Positions 39,796-50,405 are shown, counted from the first letter of the stretch. The stretch: DNA of 64,000 bases from Thermoproteota archaeon (GCA_030550585.1 JAUQPB010000004.1:99883-163882), one strand, 5' to 3'. Notes: a model not told the origin generated them from the sequence alone. Numbers and translations: made by a program.

Positions 39796-40525
39796 AGCCG
39801 CTTACCACTAGCCTCATCTTGTTAAACAGCAGTGCAATCAATGTAAACAGTGCTATGGCTAGCATGGGGAACAGCCCTATCTCCGGAACCTCACTACCGT
39901 TAACATATGCTGTCTCGGCAACCCCTTCAGCATATATCTTATTGTTGTTGCCGTCTATATTCAGAGATATGCTATTCGATGGTCTGACCCCCACAATCTT
40001 TATCTCATCCCCACTATTGCCGTTGATTATTGTGGTGTCGTTGAATGTAAACTGTGTCCAGCTGGGGTTTGATGGTGGCACATATATTGTTAGGGTGGAG
40101 TAGATGCTCGAGATATCTACAGCCGTGTTTTTGATGGACACAACCACGTTGCTGAAATCATGTACAGCTACACCATTTTCGTTCTTAACTATCAGTCTCT
40201 GGACATATAGATTGCGTATGTCTGTCCAACCATCAGATCCTATCCATATTTTGAATTCAGAGGATGTGTTATCATCTATATTTTCTAGTATGACTGTCCA
40301 CCCTTTTCCAACTGTTATAGAGGTGCTTCCCACATTCACATCCCCTCTATCGCTTGTTACAACAAAGCTTATGCTCCCACTTATCACAGCATATCTGTTG
40401 CTATTCAACACAAAGCTTTTGTATTCAACGTACTGTGCATGTACATTTGCTACCATTAGCATTAGGGCTAGCACTGTGGCAACTATACCTAGCCCTATAT
40501 ACGATCTATTCATATTGTCTACCAC
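39776..40525 (-). CDS. Secreted protein with VPEIG-TM-basic C-terminal sorting signal (archaeosortase substrate)
   Basis: Signal peptide, several N-x-S/T sequons, tail VPEIGLFPMLAIALFTLIALLFNKMR. Confidence 0.75.
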   Translation of the reverse strand: MVDNMNRSYIGLGIVATVLALMLMVANVHAQYVEYKSFVLNSNRYAVISGSISFVVTSDRGDVNVGSTSITVGKGWTVILENIDDNTSSEFKIWIGSDGWTDIRNLYVQRLIVKNENGVAVHDFSNVVVSIKNTAVDISSIYSTLTIYVPPSNPSWTQFTFNDTTIINGNSGDEIKIVGVRPSNSISLNIDGNNNKIYAEGVAETAYVNGSEVPEIGLFPMLAIALFTLIALLFNKMRLVVSGFGRTAR

Positions 40526-40729
40526 TCCATATCTACATTATCTTGTAAGAGCCTTATAATTCTTGACGCTCATGGCGCAAAACGGTTTAAAAATTTTATA
40601 GTCCACACTATAAAACAGGTATGGATATTGCAAGTAATCGCATATTTCTGCTCCTCAGCTATAGCAATGGTTTGCATTGGTGTTGTTGCTATGGTTTTGC
40701 TGGGTTTTGCCCAAGGTTTTTGCGTTGTT

Positions 40730-41506
40730 TTAGCCGGTTTCAATGCTTTGTTTGTCTAGGGCAGCGCCTTTTCTAAGGATGTTTGCTAGCCATGCTGTGT
40801 AGAGGTTTTCTAGCTGCAACTGTTTCAGTTTCTCAACAACTTTTTCCACATTGTATTTGACTCTGTGTATTGTGAATGTGTTTGTCTCTGGATCGAATAT
40901 GGCGAAAGATGCTCTTGGGTCTCCGTCTCTGGGCTGTCCACAGCTGCCTGGGTTGAGGACTAGTACCCCGTCTACCTCTGTCTTCATCGGCTTATGCGTG
41001 TGTCCAACAAGAACAGTGTGTGCATCTACCGGCCTCGCCCTTTTGCCTAGTGAGAACTTTGATTCTGTGAGCTGCTCTCTAAGAACCGTGGTCGGCAGGT
41101 TTGGCTCTAGATATCCGTAGAGAGGGTTTCTGGGGCTTCCGTGGACAAGATAAATCTTTTTTCCGGAGACCTCTCTAACAACTTTTGTTGGCAGGCTCTT
41201 CAGCCACTCGATCTGCTCTCTAGACAAGAGCCTCTTGGATATGAACTCCCTTGTATAAACACTAAGCTCGTGGATAGCCGGGCCACATCTACAGTCAACG
41301 CCATAGGCAACAGCATAGTCGTGGTTGCCCACAACAATTGCATCTGGCCTAAGATCTCTAACCATGTCGATGACCATGTGGGGCTCGGGGCCATAGTCGA
41401 CCAAATCCCCTAAAACCCATACATAGTCCCATCCACTAGCACTCTCCAAAACGGCTCTAAGCGCATCTGCATTGCCATGCACATCAGATATTACGAGAAT
41501 CCTCAA
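40730..41506 (-). CDS. Calcineurin-like metallophosphoesterase
   Basis: SDVHGN, GDLVDYG, GNHD, HGSP, GHTH and NPGSCGQPRD motifs. Confidence 0.92.
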   Translation of the reverse strand: MRILVISDVHGNADALRAVLESASGWDYVWVLGDLVDYGPEPHMVIDMVRDLRPDAIVVGNHDYAVAYGVDCRCGPAIHELSVYTREFISKRLLSREQIEWLKSLPTKVVREVSGKKIYLVHGSPRNPLYGYLEPNLPTTVLREQLTESKFSLGKRARPVDAHTVLVGHTHKPMKTEVDGVLVLNPGSCGQPRDGDPRASFAIFDPETNTFTIHRVKYNVEKVVEKLKQLQLENLYTAWLANILRKGAALDKQSIETG

Positions 41507-41704
41507 AGTCCCACCACCAAAGATATTTCCGGAGAAGCCAAATAAACAACAATTATCTAGCTACATAAATAGATGTATAATAGATGTATAGATGCGGCCA
41601 CAACACAACTGGCTACCCTAGACCCTGCCCACCACCAATGATAGGCACAGGTTTAGTGCCATCACTTCTATGCCTACAGTAGATGATGGCTACAGAGAAT
41701 CTCT

Positions 41705-41992
41705 TCACATCCTCAGCTCCGTCTTCTCCCTACCAGACTCAACCAGCCACACACCAAGCTTTCTAGCCTCCTCAACAGCATCTGGTGTTGCCCTCAAACA
41801 ATACACTACAACAACTGTTTTACCCGGGAACCTCTCTGGCTGGGCCCTCCTAGCCTCCCCAACCATCTCAACAACTCTCCTAACAGTTTTCGCCCCAACC
41901 CTCGTCCTGGCCTCCCCAACAACTGTCACAACACCGTTTGTCCCATAGACATCAAATTCTCTATTAGCTATGACGAATGTGATTTGGGGCAA
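41705..41992 (-). pseudogene. C-terminal PD-(D/E)xK fragment of a paREP-type protein
   Basis: REFDVYG..VVGEARTR..A..EARKLGVWL; N-terminus missing. Confidence 0.6.
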
Positions 41993-42044
41993 AGGTTTTG
42001 ATCTAATTAAAGAAAGTTTAAAAACTGTGTGGCTTTTAAAATGA

Positions 42045-45000
42045 TTGAGGGTGAAGCTAACGAGTCAATTATCACATATGCTTTTCTATCAAAAGCTTGT
42101 TGAAGAGCAGCTTAAAGAGATGGAGTCTTCTAAGACACAAGGATTGTTGAGGTATGTTGTTTTCTGTTTTGGGCCGTCGTGTAAAGAAAGAGTTTTTTCT
42201 CATAGTGTCATGGGCTATGAGATTCGGGTGGTTCCTAAGACTCAGGTGGATCAAAATGTTTTGGGTAGGCTTATCAGTGATGGTATGCTAGTTGAGCTTG
42301 GCAAGGTGGATGGCGCTACTATTTACACTACTTTGCATGGGGATTTGGTGTTTAGGGTTTTGAGGGGCAGAGCTTATGAGGATGATTTGAATGGGAGGTG
42401 GGTTGGAGGTTTCAACATAGATATTGAGTATGAGTATGCACCTGATTTTGGGGCTAGAAGTGTTTCTTCAGATCTGAAGAATGTTTTGGCGAGGTTCTTC
42501 ATAGATAATGGTGTGAAAAAAGACATTGCAGAGAGGTTTTGCGAAGCCATTGTAGAGGGGCTTCATAGAAGCGGGTATCAGAAACTGGCTGAGTGGCAGC
42601 TGAAGGCCATAGAAAGAATTTTGATGGCATCAAAAGAGAGGAGATACTTCGTCATATCAGCGCCAACAGCTACAGGCAAGACCTTGGTATTCCAAATTGT
42701 TGCAATAGCCCATTCACTTTTATTCAAATATCGAGGAAATCAAAATAGGGTTCTAATAGTATATCCAAGGAGGGCTCTTCAAAAGCAGCAGTTGGGGAGA
42801 CTGGTAAAACCCCTTTACTTCATAAATAATAAACTTAAAGAGCTTGGGCTCCAACGATACACGGTAACCTTGGCTGTTGACAGCGGGGTTAGATATGGAT
42901 TAGAACCTCTTTTAGAGGGGAAATATATAGACACGGGAATTCCATGCCCAGAAAACGATAAGCTAACAATACGTGCACTATATAAAAACAATTTCGCTAT
43001 AAGATATGAATGCTCGGATAATAAGCCGCTGGATTTTCTTGTAGGAATAGTGTATACCAAGGAAGATAGGGATGAGGTAGCATTTAAAAAGCCGGACATA
43101 CTAATCTCCAATCCTTGGACTGTTGAACAGCGTTTGTTGCATCCAAAAAGCGAATACCAGCAACTATATAGAGGGTGTGGAGTCGTAATATTGGATGAAG
43201 CGCATGTTTACATAAACGTGAACTACGTACCACTAACAGCAATACTTAGATTACTTATTCAATTACGTAAAATCTATGATGAAGAACCTCTTGTTATAAC
43301 ATCATCTGCCACTATCCCACTATCAGATGTTGAAGACCTTGTTAGATGGATGTTTGGTGTAAGCAAACAGTCTGTTGAAAGTCTAGACTATGAGGAGCTT
43401 GAGCCAAGGCATGAGGAGCAACGTAGACTTAAGATTATTGTTACACTGCTTCCATATAGACGAAGCATTGAAACAATGTTGCATGGGATTATACAGCTCC
43501 TACTCCTAATACAGATGGGCAGAAGGCTAAAATCCATAGTATTCATTGATAGCATAAGCGAGACAGGCACAATAATGGACTACATAACAACAACATTTAA
43601 GTATAGAAGAGGTGTTGAACTCTGTGACCACATAAACCAAGTTTCCTGTAGAAATCACGAATACGATAAGTTGACGCCCAGAGATGCTCTCACAAGAGAT
43701 AACAGTGATTACAGCTGGGCCCATCTAATCGATTTATCAAATATGCAATATGTAAAGGATTTGATTGAAAAGCTCAGCACATTGATCAACCACGTAGGTT
43801 TGCATCATGGTGGATTAAACGAAGAACAGAGGCGCGAGATTGAAAAGAATTTTGAGACCGGCTTGCTAAAAACATTGATAGCTACATCGACACTAGACCT
43901 GGGGATGGACTATGACGACGTCGCATTCATTGTACAATACAAAGATCCCATAAGCGATGAAGCGCTGGAACAAAGAGTTGGAAGAGCTGGTAGAAAGGAA
44001 AATACCTATAGAATCTCGCTAGCATTTTACATACCTACGCTAACCCCCATGACAATACAAAGGTTTTTCAGTAGACCACAACAGAAAAAGGATGTTGCGT
44101 TACCCGATGAACTCACACTTGAATTAGTCTTTCTCCAACACGTTCTAGAATATCATATTATTCAGCAACTGAAAAGCTCTATACTCAATGGCAAAATAGG
44201 TGAGGTTAGATTAGATGAAGCTAAAAACATTATGATTCAATACATCGCCGAGTCGCTGAATAGCCAAAATATACTATGGCTGAGAAGATGGGGAGTTAGA
44301 GACGAGCTACTAAGGAAACTATCGCAAGCAGACTTCCTTAAACTAATGAAAATGCTTAAAGAACAGCTAGAAGCAGTAAAACCAATAGAGACATGGAAAG
44401 AATTTAGAAAGGAGATTAAAAAGCTATTAAAAGAATATGAAGCAGCAAAAAAGAGACCCCTAAAATTCTTAAGAGAGAGCCAAGAAATCAAACTCATTTT
44501 GCAGAGATACGGTATTAATTTGAAAGATAATAAGAAGGAAATAATCAGGTGTACAAAGGATGTACTAAAAGAGATATACAATATAGTGAAAGATGTTGAG
44601 AAAGATGTAACTAGGTTTGAAAACTCAAGTGCTTCATATGTTAACATATCATCTATTCAATCATATTTGCATTCTCTAATTCAAGAATTGTATAATAAAC
44701 TTAACAAAAAACGAGATTTGGAAGGTTGCAAAACTATGTCAATGTTCCCTAGTAAAATGTCTGTTACAGACATCGACAGAGTCGATAAAATTATGGTTAA
44801 ATGTGTATTGCCAGAAATATACAATGTCGAGTTAATGAGAATACGCAAACGCTTAGAGCCATTTTTTAATCTATTAAGAAGTAGTATTGAAAAGAGCTCT
44901 GCATCATTACTTATGGCGATAAGCGAATTCATCAATTTTAGCGGGTATGATATTGAAGAGTGTAATAAAATCGATGCGATTAAACTGAGCATGTGTTGGT

Positions 45001-45101
45001 ATATGGTTCTACGTGATGAGTTCTTCAACATAATGTCTAAGATTATTCCCATAACCTTTGCCTGGGAAAGCATAGATACTGTAGGTCTTAGGCCTTTGTG
45101 A
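42045..45101 (+). CDS. SF2 DEAH helicase (DrmA/DpdJ/Hrq1-like helicase core)
   Basis: APTATGKT, YP.RAL, DEAH, SSAT, HHGGL, ATSTLDLGMD and QRVGRAGR motifs. Confidence 0.9.
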   Translation: MRVKLTSQLSHMLFYQKLVEEQLKEMESSKTQGLLRYVVFCFGPSCKERVFSHSVMGYEIRVVPKTQVDQNVLGRLISDGMLVELGKVDGATIYTTLHGDLVFRVLRGRAYEDDLNGRWVGGFNIDIEYEYAPDFGARSVSSDLKNVLARFFIDNGVKKDIAERFCEAIVEGLHRSGYQKLAEWQLKAIERILMASKERRYFVISAPTATGKTLVFQIVAIAHSLLFKYRGNQNRVLIVYPRRALQKQQLGRLVKPLYFINNKLKELGLQRYTVTLAVDSGVRYGLEPLLEGKYIDTGIPCPENDKLTIRALYKNNFAIRYECSDNKPLDFLVGIVYTKEDRDEVAFKKPDILISNPWTVEQRLLHPKSEYQQLYRGCGVVILDEAHVYINVNYVPLTAILRLLIQLRKIYDEEPLVITSSATIPLSDVEDLVRWMFGVSKQSVESLDYEELEPRHEEQRRLKIIVTLLPYRRSIETMLHGIIQLLLLIQMGRRLKSIVFIDSISETGTIMDYITTTFKYRRGVELCDHINQVSCRNHEYDKLTPRDALTRDNSDYSWAHLIDLSNMQYVKDLIEKLSTLINHVGLHHGGLNEEQRREIEKNFETGLLKTLIATSTLDLGMDYDDVAFIVQYKDPISDEALEQRVGRAGRKENTYRISLAFYIPTLTPMTIQRFFSRPQQKKDVALPDELTLELVFLQHVLEYHIIQQLKSSILNGKIGEVRLDEAKNIMIQYIAESLNSQNILWLRRWGVRDELLRKLSQADFLKLMKMLKEQLEAVKPIETWKEFRKEIKKLLKEYEAAKKRPLKFLRESQEIKLILQRYGINLKDNKKEIIRCTKDVLKEIYNIVKDVEKDVTRFENSSASYVNISSIQSYLHSLIQELYNKLNKKRDLEGCKTMSMFPSKMSVTDIDRVDKIMVKCVLPEIYNVELMRIRKRLEPFFNLLRSSIEKSSASLLMAISEFINFSGYDIEECNKIDAIKLSMCWYMVLRDEFFNIMSKIIPITFAWESIDTVGLRPL

Positions 45102-45113
45102 GGTAAGGCGCCT

Positions 45114-47354
45114 ATGCTGGATCGTAGCGGATATGAGAGGGGGTATGAGAGGAGAGGCCTCGAAGCATTGTATACATTTACCCCATTTAAGATAGTTTAT
45201 AAGCAACATGGTGGAGGGGCTGGTGAAGAGCCTAGCGATGCTTATACATTGGTTATACTACCTCCAACGCGCTTCAAAGCATTTTACTACAAAGATTTTG
45301 GGGATGTTTGCAGAAAAAATTTAATTGATCTTCTCAAAAGAGAGTATCCAAAGAAAAATGTATGGGGGTTCTGGTTTCGTAGTACACTGAGAAAGCTTCC
45401 CATATCTGTTGACAATAGATATAATGTATATGAATATGTGGATTGGCCTGCTTTTCAATTCAAAAAAGATGGGCCCTATGTTGTGGTTCTACACAGTATT
45501 TTGTATCGGGCATTAACAGAGGATATTCCTATCGAGTATCGGAGACTGAGGAACCTTTTCAATAAGCACAGTGGGCTGTTTCTGCTAGCAGAGTACAGCT
45601 ACGAGTCATTGGCACATCCACGTTTTTGTCTTCGGGGCCTTGTCTTAATATCGCATAGGGACTCGTGTCCAATCAAATATGTGTGTCCTTTTGCTATATG
45701 GGGAAGGTGCAGTGGGAATTTGTATAGCATTAGAGAGACTTACAGCGGTTTATATAAGGTTATTCCACAAATCAAAGTAAAGCTACTCGACTTAGAGACT
45801 GTGGAGGGTGATAGAAAAAGGTCTAGAGTTAGATTGTTTGTTATACCATTTGGTTTTCACCCCTTGGCATATGTGTATTTTGTTGACGAATTATCCCTGC
45901 TAGCTTTTTACGAGGGGGTGGTTTTCCAGCCAAAGAAGTGTTGGATTCCATACCACTTTGCATCCTTTAGATACACACTAGGTATAAGGATTCTGAACAC
46001 AGATGCTATTGTTCTAGAGTTTGAAACCTCTACACTTGACAAAATTGTAAACGATTTGATGGAGCATAAGTGGGTTGTCTACAAAAAGGTTTTGTTGTCT
46101 GAAAGCAAACTTTGCGATGATTCTAAATGCGATATGAAACCAGACTATTTGGCACCTTGGAAGCGTCTATACAGTACAATACAATCAAACAATGCCGAAA
46201 CATTTGATACGCTTGTCAGAGACTCGAAGAGTCTTGATGAAGCAAACAAACAGTATTACAGATTTATAGTCGTGCACACAATAGCCCACAACATAATCTC
46301 TTCGCTATGGAGTGAGCTGGGTCTCGACCAAGATTATCTGTCATATAGGGTTCTGTATGATGGTGGCAAATGGAAGATATATTTGTATGAAACCGTTTCT
46401 GGTGGGCTGGGATACCTAAAGTATTTGGCAATGCAAAAATCTAGGTTGTACGAAATAATTGTGAAGAGCATATACAACGAGTCGTTGATTGGATCTAGAA
46501 TTGTGGAAGAGTATTGTAGGGGTGGTATAGATGATAGGGATGTAGCCGAGTTGAAGAGGTTTCTAGAAAATGTTGCAAAATATGCACAAGGAGATAGGGA
46601 ACTAGCTGACACTGCAAATGAGTTGAGCAGATTCATCTCACTGCTGTACGAGGTATACCGTAGACATGGGGTTACAATCCACCCATATACAATCAGATAT
46701 ATTCTACAAACGTTGGTGCCAGGTAGGCTTCGCGAAACTTTTGGCAATACTATGGACAGGATAGTGTCCATGTTCTCAGCATTTGATGGTAACATTGGCT
46801 GTGGGTTTATCGAGGATGGATGCTCTTTGGGGCCATTTCTAGAGCCTCTTTCTATTAGCTATACTGTTGTGGAGTACTTGGCTAAGCAGCATAGCAGAGC
46901 TGGGGAGGGTCTAAGTCTAGGCACAAGCGTTAGGGACATTATATTGCCGTGGCTGAAAATGGCTAGGACAAAGCTTAGGATAATAACATCAAATATATCG
47001 ATAGACAACAATATAATCGGGATTCTTTCAGAACTCTGCAGAAATGGAGGCAGCGTCTTTGTGATGCTAAGTAAAAACGCTGTTGATGATGAGGTTTCGA
47101 GGACAGCTGTAAATGAGTTGAGAAACAGTTTGGGAGGCTGTATCAAGGTGAGGATAAGTGAGAACCTCCGTGCAAAGGCGATAATAATAGATGATATGGC
47201 CGTTATCGAGGACCCGTTCGACTTTGCAAAATCTGGACTGGTATTCAACATAGAGAATCTGAGTAAAATCATTACAGACCCTGCCAAGGTTGGTGAATAT
47301 GTTAGGAAATTCAATGAGCTGTGGAATAGCAGCAAAGAATATGATGTGATGTAG
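45114..47354 (+). CDS. DUF1998-like domain fused to a degenerate PLD (HKD) domain (DrmB-DrmC-like fusion)
   Basis: HTIAH..YETVSGGLGY; C-terminal LRAKAIIIDD..EDPFDF..IEN..F.ELW. Confidence 0.75.
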   Translation: MLDRSGYERGYERRGLEALYTFTPFKIVYKQHGGGAGEEPSDAYTLVILPPTRFKAFYYKDFGDVCRKNLIDLLKREYPKKNVWGFWFRSTLRKLPISVDNRYNVYEYVDWPAFQFKKDGPYVVVLHSILYRALTEDIPIEYRRLRNLFNKHSGLFLLAEYSYESLAHPRFCLRGLVLISHRDSCPIKYVCPFAIWGRCSGNLYSIRETYSGLYKVIPQIKVKLLDLETVEGDRKRSRVRLFVIPFGFHPLAYVYFVDELSLLAFYEGVVFQPKKCWIPYHFASFRYTLGIRILNTDAIVLEFETSTLDKIVNDLMEHKWVVYKKVLLSESKLCDDSKCDMKPDYLAPWKRLYSTIQSNNAETFDTLVRDSKSLDEANKQYYRFIVVHTIAHNIISSLWSELGLDQDYLSYRVLYDGGKWKIYLYETVSGGLGYLKYLAMQKSRLYEIIVKSIYNESLIGSRIVEEYCRGGIDDRDVAELKRFLENVAKYAQGDRELADTANELSRFISLLYEVYRRHGVTIHPYTIRYILQTLVPGRLRETFGNTMDRIVSMFSAFDGNIGCGFIEDGCSLGPFLEPLSISYTVVEYLAKQHSRAGEGLSLGTSVRDIILPWLKMARTKLRIITSNISIDNNIIGILSELCRNGGSVFVMLSKNAVDDEVSRTAVNELRNSLGGCIKVRISENLRAKAIIIDDMAVIEDPFDFAKSGLVFNIENLSKIITDPAKVGEYVRKFNELWNSSKEYDVM

Positions 47355-47502
47355 TGGACTCTCTATACACATCATATATAACGTCTAGCCCTTGGATATT
47401 CTAAACGCATGTGTCTATCATAGCTAGGTATGTAGACAAGGTAAAAGAGCCTTTTATATGTTTCTAGATGGTGTAGAGCCTACAAACACAAACGGTTTAT
47501 TG

Positions 47503-47952
47503 CTAAGCCAGAGAATCTATGATTATCTTCGCATCTTCTTCTGGTATGGGTCTTCTCAAATTAGCTGGGGTCCCCACGAGGTATGCATTTGGCCTGCTCT
47601 TGTTCTTTATGAAGCTGAGTTTTGGGGCGAGCTCGTCGAAGCTTGCCACACCGATTTTAACTGGCTCTATCCTAACCCTCAGCGGGTACTTAACTCTGTT
47701 CTCTCTAATCTCATCTGGCCACAGAGGCCTCTCCTCTCTAAACCATGTTGACGCCACTCTGTATACACCCACAAACTTTCCGCCAAGACTCCTAGACCCC
47801 CTCTTCGAGACGTAGAAGATCAGGTAGTCGCCTACAGAGACCAGCTTGTCGATTGATCTAGATCCCCCCTGCTCCGGAGCCCCATACACATTTACATTCT
47901 TGATAACATCCCAGTTCTCCTCAGACACAACAACAATCCAGTACCTAGCCAT
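47503..47952 (-). CDS. EVE-domain (PUA-like) protein
   Basis: YWI..SEENW, GDYLIFY, FVGVYRV and YPLRV motifs. Confidence 0.88.
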   Translation of the reverse strand: MARYWIVVVSEENWDVIKNVNVYGAPEQGGSRSIDKLVSVGDYLIFYVSKRGSRSLGGKFVGVYRVASTWFREERPLWPDEIRENRVKYPLRVRIEPVKIGVASFDELAPKLSFIKNKSRPNAYLVGTPANLRRPIPEEDAKIIIDSLA

Positions 47953-48212
47953 ACAAACACCCCCACACAGCAAACTTTCACAGCATACAAATAAACGTTT
48001 CTCTCACATCAGCTACTCTATACACAGAAGAACTTATAGCTGCTAACTAGGTTCCAGATACAGCACATTATTTTGTGGATTTGCTGCCTAGTATCATACT
48101 CTTAGAAATTGCGTTTAATAAAGCCTAGTTTTGATGCTAATTGAATTGCAACAGATAAGATTGGTGCCATCAATTGATGTGCTTTTTGTCTTGAGGATTG
48201 TATATTGGTGTT

Positions 48213-50405
48213 TTACAGTCTTCTTAGTATGGATGAGTCAGGTATTTTGTTGCTGACTTTTATGATTCTGTTCAGCTTTTTGCATAGTTTATCTGCTTTG
48301 TGTAGTGGCCATGGTATTGATGGTAGCCAGACAGTGGATATGGAGGCGTAGTGTGTTAGATCCTGGATGTAGTCTAAGACCCTTTTGTGATCAGCATTGC
48401 CTGCTATATTTACTATCACAGGCCTTATGGTACCCTTTTCATATTCGCCCTTTATCGAGTTTGTTGTGACCCCAAGATACCTAGAAATCCTTATGTCTTT
48501 GAGCCATGTCGGCGACAATTCTACGAATACCCCGCTTCTAGGCGGGTTAACATATCTAATTTCAGCTCCGCCTTTTATCGATGCAGAGGCCAGTATTCTG
48601 GAATATGAATGTGTCTTGCTAATACCGACTATTACATGGTTCTGAAGCTTTTCTTTCTCTAGTTCCTCTAGGAACCTTTCTATACTTGATTTGTTTACCA
48701 TGATGAGCGCTTTTTTGTATCTACTAGCAATATCCTCTACGATGGTGGTCAGAACCTCTATATCGCTTTCGTCGATGTATTTGAATTCTACACTATAGTC
48801 TTTTATGTTGTCGGCCTTCACAGTTACGACTACAACACCTAAATATATCTGATTTCTTCCTACAGAAACTGTTGTAGCATCTATCCCTACAACATAGGCG
48901 TCTTCAAGCCCGCTAGGTGGGTTTAGATCATTGGGTATAGCACCAATTCTTGTAGCAAAGTCTTTTATAATGCTTTGGATCTTGAATGGGATCCTGCGCT
49001 TAAAATCATCTTCATCTATATCTGTCTCTATTCCAAGCTCATGCGGATAGAAGCCCTGGCTAGCGGCTTTATACTCGAACCTGCCTATGATATCGTCTAT
49101 CTCCTCTTTATCCAAGCTCTTATCATATAGCAATATCGCAAACTTCTCATCATAATCTTTGTATGCTTTCAAAATGTCTTCTAGATTATCTAAAAACATG
49201 ATCTCTTGTACAAGCCTGGGAGAACTAAGCAAACGACAGCTAACCGCCAAGGATTTAATGATATCTGTTGCAATTGAACATCTTCTATCATACCTTTTCG
49301 AATTACCAGGTGAAGTAACCACAAGTAGCACTCTTTTGCTGTTACCCTCGAATTTTGGGTACCACTTCCAATACTTGCTCTTTATTTGGGTGAGGTGTAC
49401 GGAGCTGGGAGGAACCTCAATAATATTTTGAGTGTTGATAGAGACTTGCATACCTTTGACGTTGTTGACGCTTTCTAAGATGGTGTTGGTGAGGATCTCC
49501 AAGGCTTGTTTGAATCTTTCGTGAGGTGGTTTGGTGAGAATTGGAACCTTTTCGAATAGAGCGATGTTGTCTAGCGATCCCACTGGTGTTAGAATCTCCA
49601 TTGGCAGTGGTATTGCCACTCGGTTTTTGCCTATGGTTGGTAGCCCAGGTATCCTGTTTTGGAGAGTTGTCGAGAGTTTTACGCTTTTTGGCGTTACATA
49701 GACTATGTTATCTGTTTTTCTGCTAAGTGACGTGTCGATTTCTGTGCCTCTAAACATATTTATTGTTTCGATAGCCTTTTCGATGACATTGCCATATTCT
49801 ATGTTTGTTTCTGGTACCTCGCTTTTCACAGTGTAGAATGAAACTGTTGTTCCCATAATTTTAACAAAGTCTATTTTCTCTGCCTGCTGAGGATACTTCT
49901 CGTGGATGTACCTCAAACTATAGATAAACTCTATCTTTGATGTTGGGTCTATGAATAGAGCTTTAGTCTCGTTGCCTAGATCGTCAACCGCGATTCTGAC
50001 AGCAGTGTATCTTAGGGCAAGTTCTTTGGCTAGCTGCTGGGCCTCGGATTTGTCGGGGTTGTAGAGCTTTGATGATGAGCTTACCCACCCATTGTTGATG
50101 AAGGCTATTCTTATGGCCGAAGAGATAAGCCTGTTGATTATGTCTGGTGAGAGTTTTGCCTGCTTTACCTGCTTTTTCTTAGCACCACCCACTCTATTCT
50201 CTAGTTTGTCGCTTTCATCAGCTGCATATACTATTAACCCGGTTACACCATCTCTTCTCTCTACTGCATGCGGTATATTCTCTTGGTATAGCAGCGAGCG
50301 TGCAAAGCCTATGTATTCCTCGGGAACCAGATACTCGTATATGGTGCTGGGGGCTTTGCTAATGGTTATTGGAAAGGCTAGCACAAAAATCTTCTCTCCA
50401 TCCAT
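48213..50405 (-). CDS. ago: Long prokaryotic Argonaute (N-L1-PAZ-L2-MID-PIWI) with atypical catalytic tetrad
   Basis: L1 LFIDPTSKIEF, PAZ end LPMEILTP, L2 PPHERF, MID end ATRIGAIP, PIWI VVGIDAT, ISK, GTIRP and PWPLHKADKL. Confidence 0.85.
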   Translation of the reverse strand: MDGEKIFVLAFPITISKAPSTIYEYLVPEEYIGFARSLLYQENIPHAVERRDGVTGLIVYAADESDKLENRVGGAKKKQVKQAKLSPDIINRLISSAIRIAFINNGWVSSSSKLYNPDKSEAQQLAKELALRYTAVRIAVDDLGNETKALFIDPTSKIEFIYSLRYIHEKYPQQAEKIDFVKIMGTTVSFYTVKSEVPETNIEYGNVIEKAIETINMFRGTEIDTSLSRKTDNIVYVTPKSVKLSTTLQNRIPGLPTIGKNRVAIPLPMEILTPVGSLDNIALFEKVPILTKPPHERFKQALEILTNTILESVNNVKGMQVSINTQNIIEVPPSSVHLTQIKSKYWKWYPKFEGNSKRVLLVVTSPGNSKRYDRRCSIATDIIKSLAVSCRLLSSPRLVQEIMFLDNLEDILKAYKDYDEKFAILLYDKSLDKEEIDDIIGRFEYKAASQGFYPHELGIETDIDEDDFKRRIPFKIQSIIKDFATRIGAIPNDLNPPSGLEDAYVVGIDATTVSVGRNQIYLGVVVVTVKADNIKDYSVEFKYIDESDIEVLTTIVEDIASRYKKALIMVNKSSIERFLEELEKEKLQNHVIVGISKTHSYSRILASASIKGGAEIRYVNPPRSGVFVELSPTWLKDIRISRYLGVTTNSIKGEYEKGTIRPVIVNIAGNADHKRVLDYIQDLTHYASISTVWLPSIPWPLHKADKLCKKLNRIIKVSNKIPDSSILRRL

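Noticed and set aside
41569-41594. TAGATGTATA direct repeats
   Set aside because: Short, AT-rich and with no assignable regulator; cannot be distinguished from slippage or chance.
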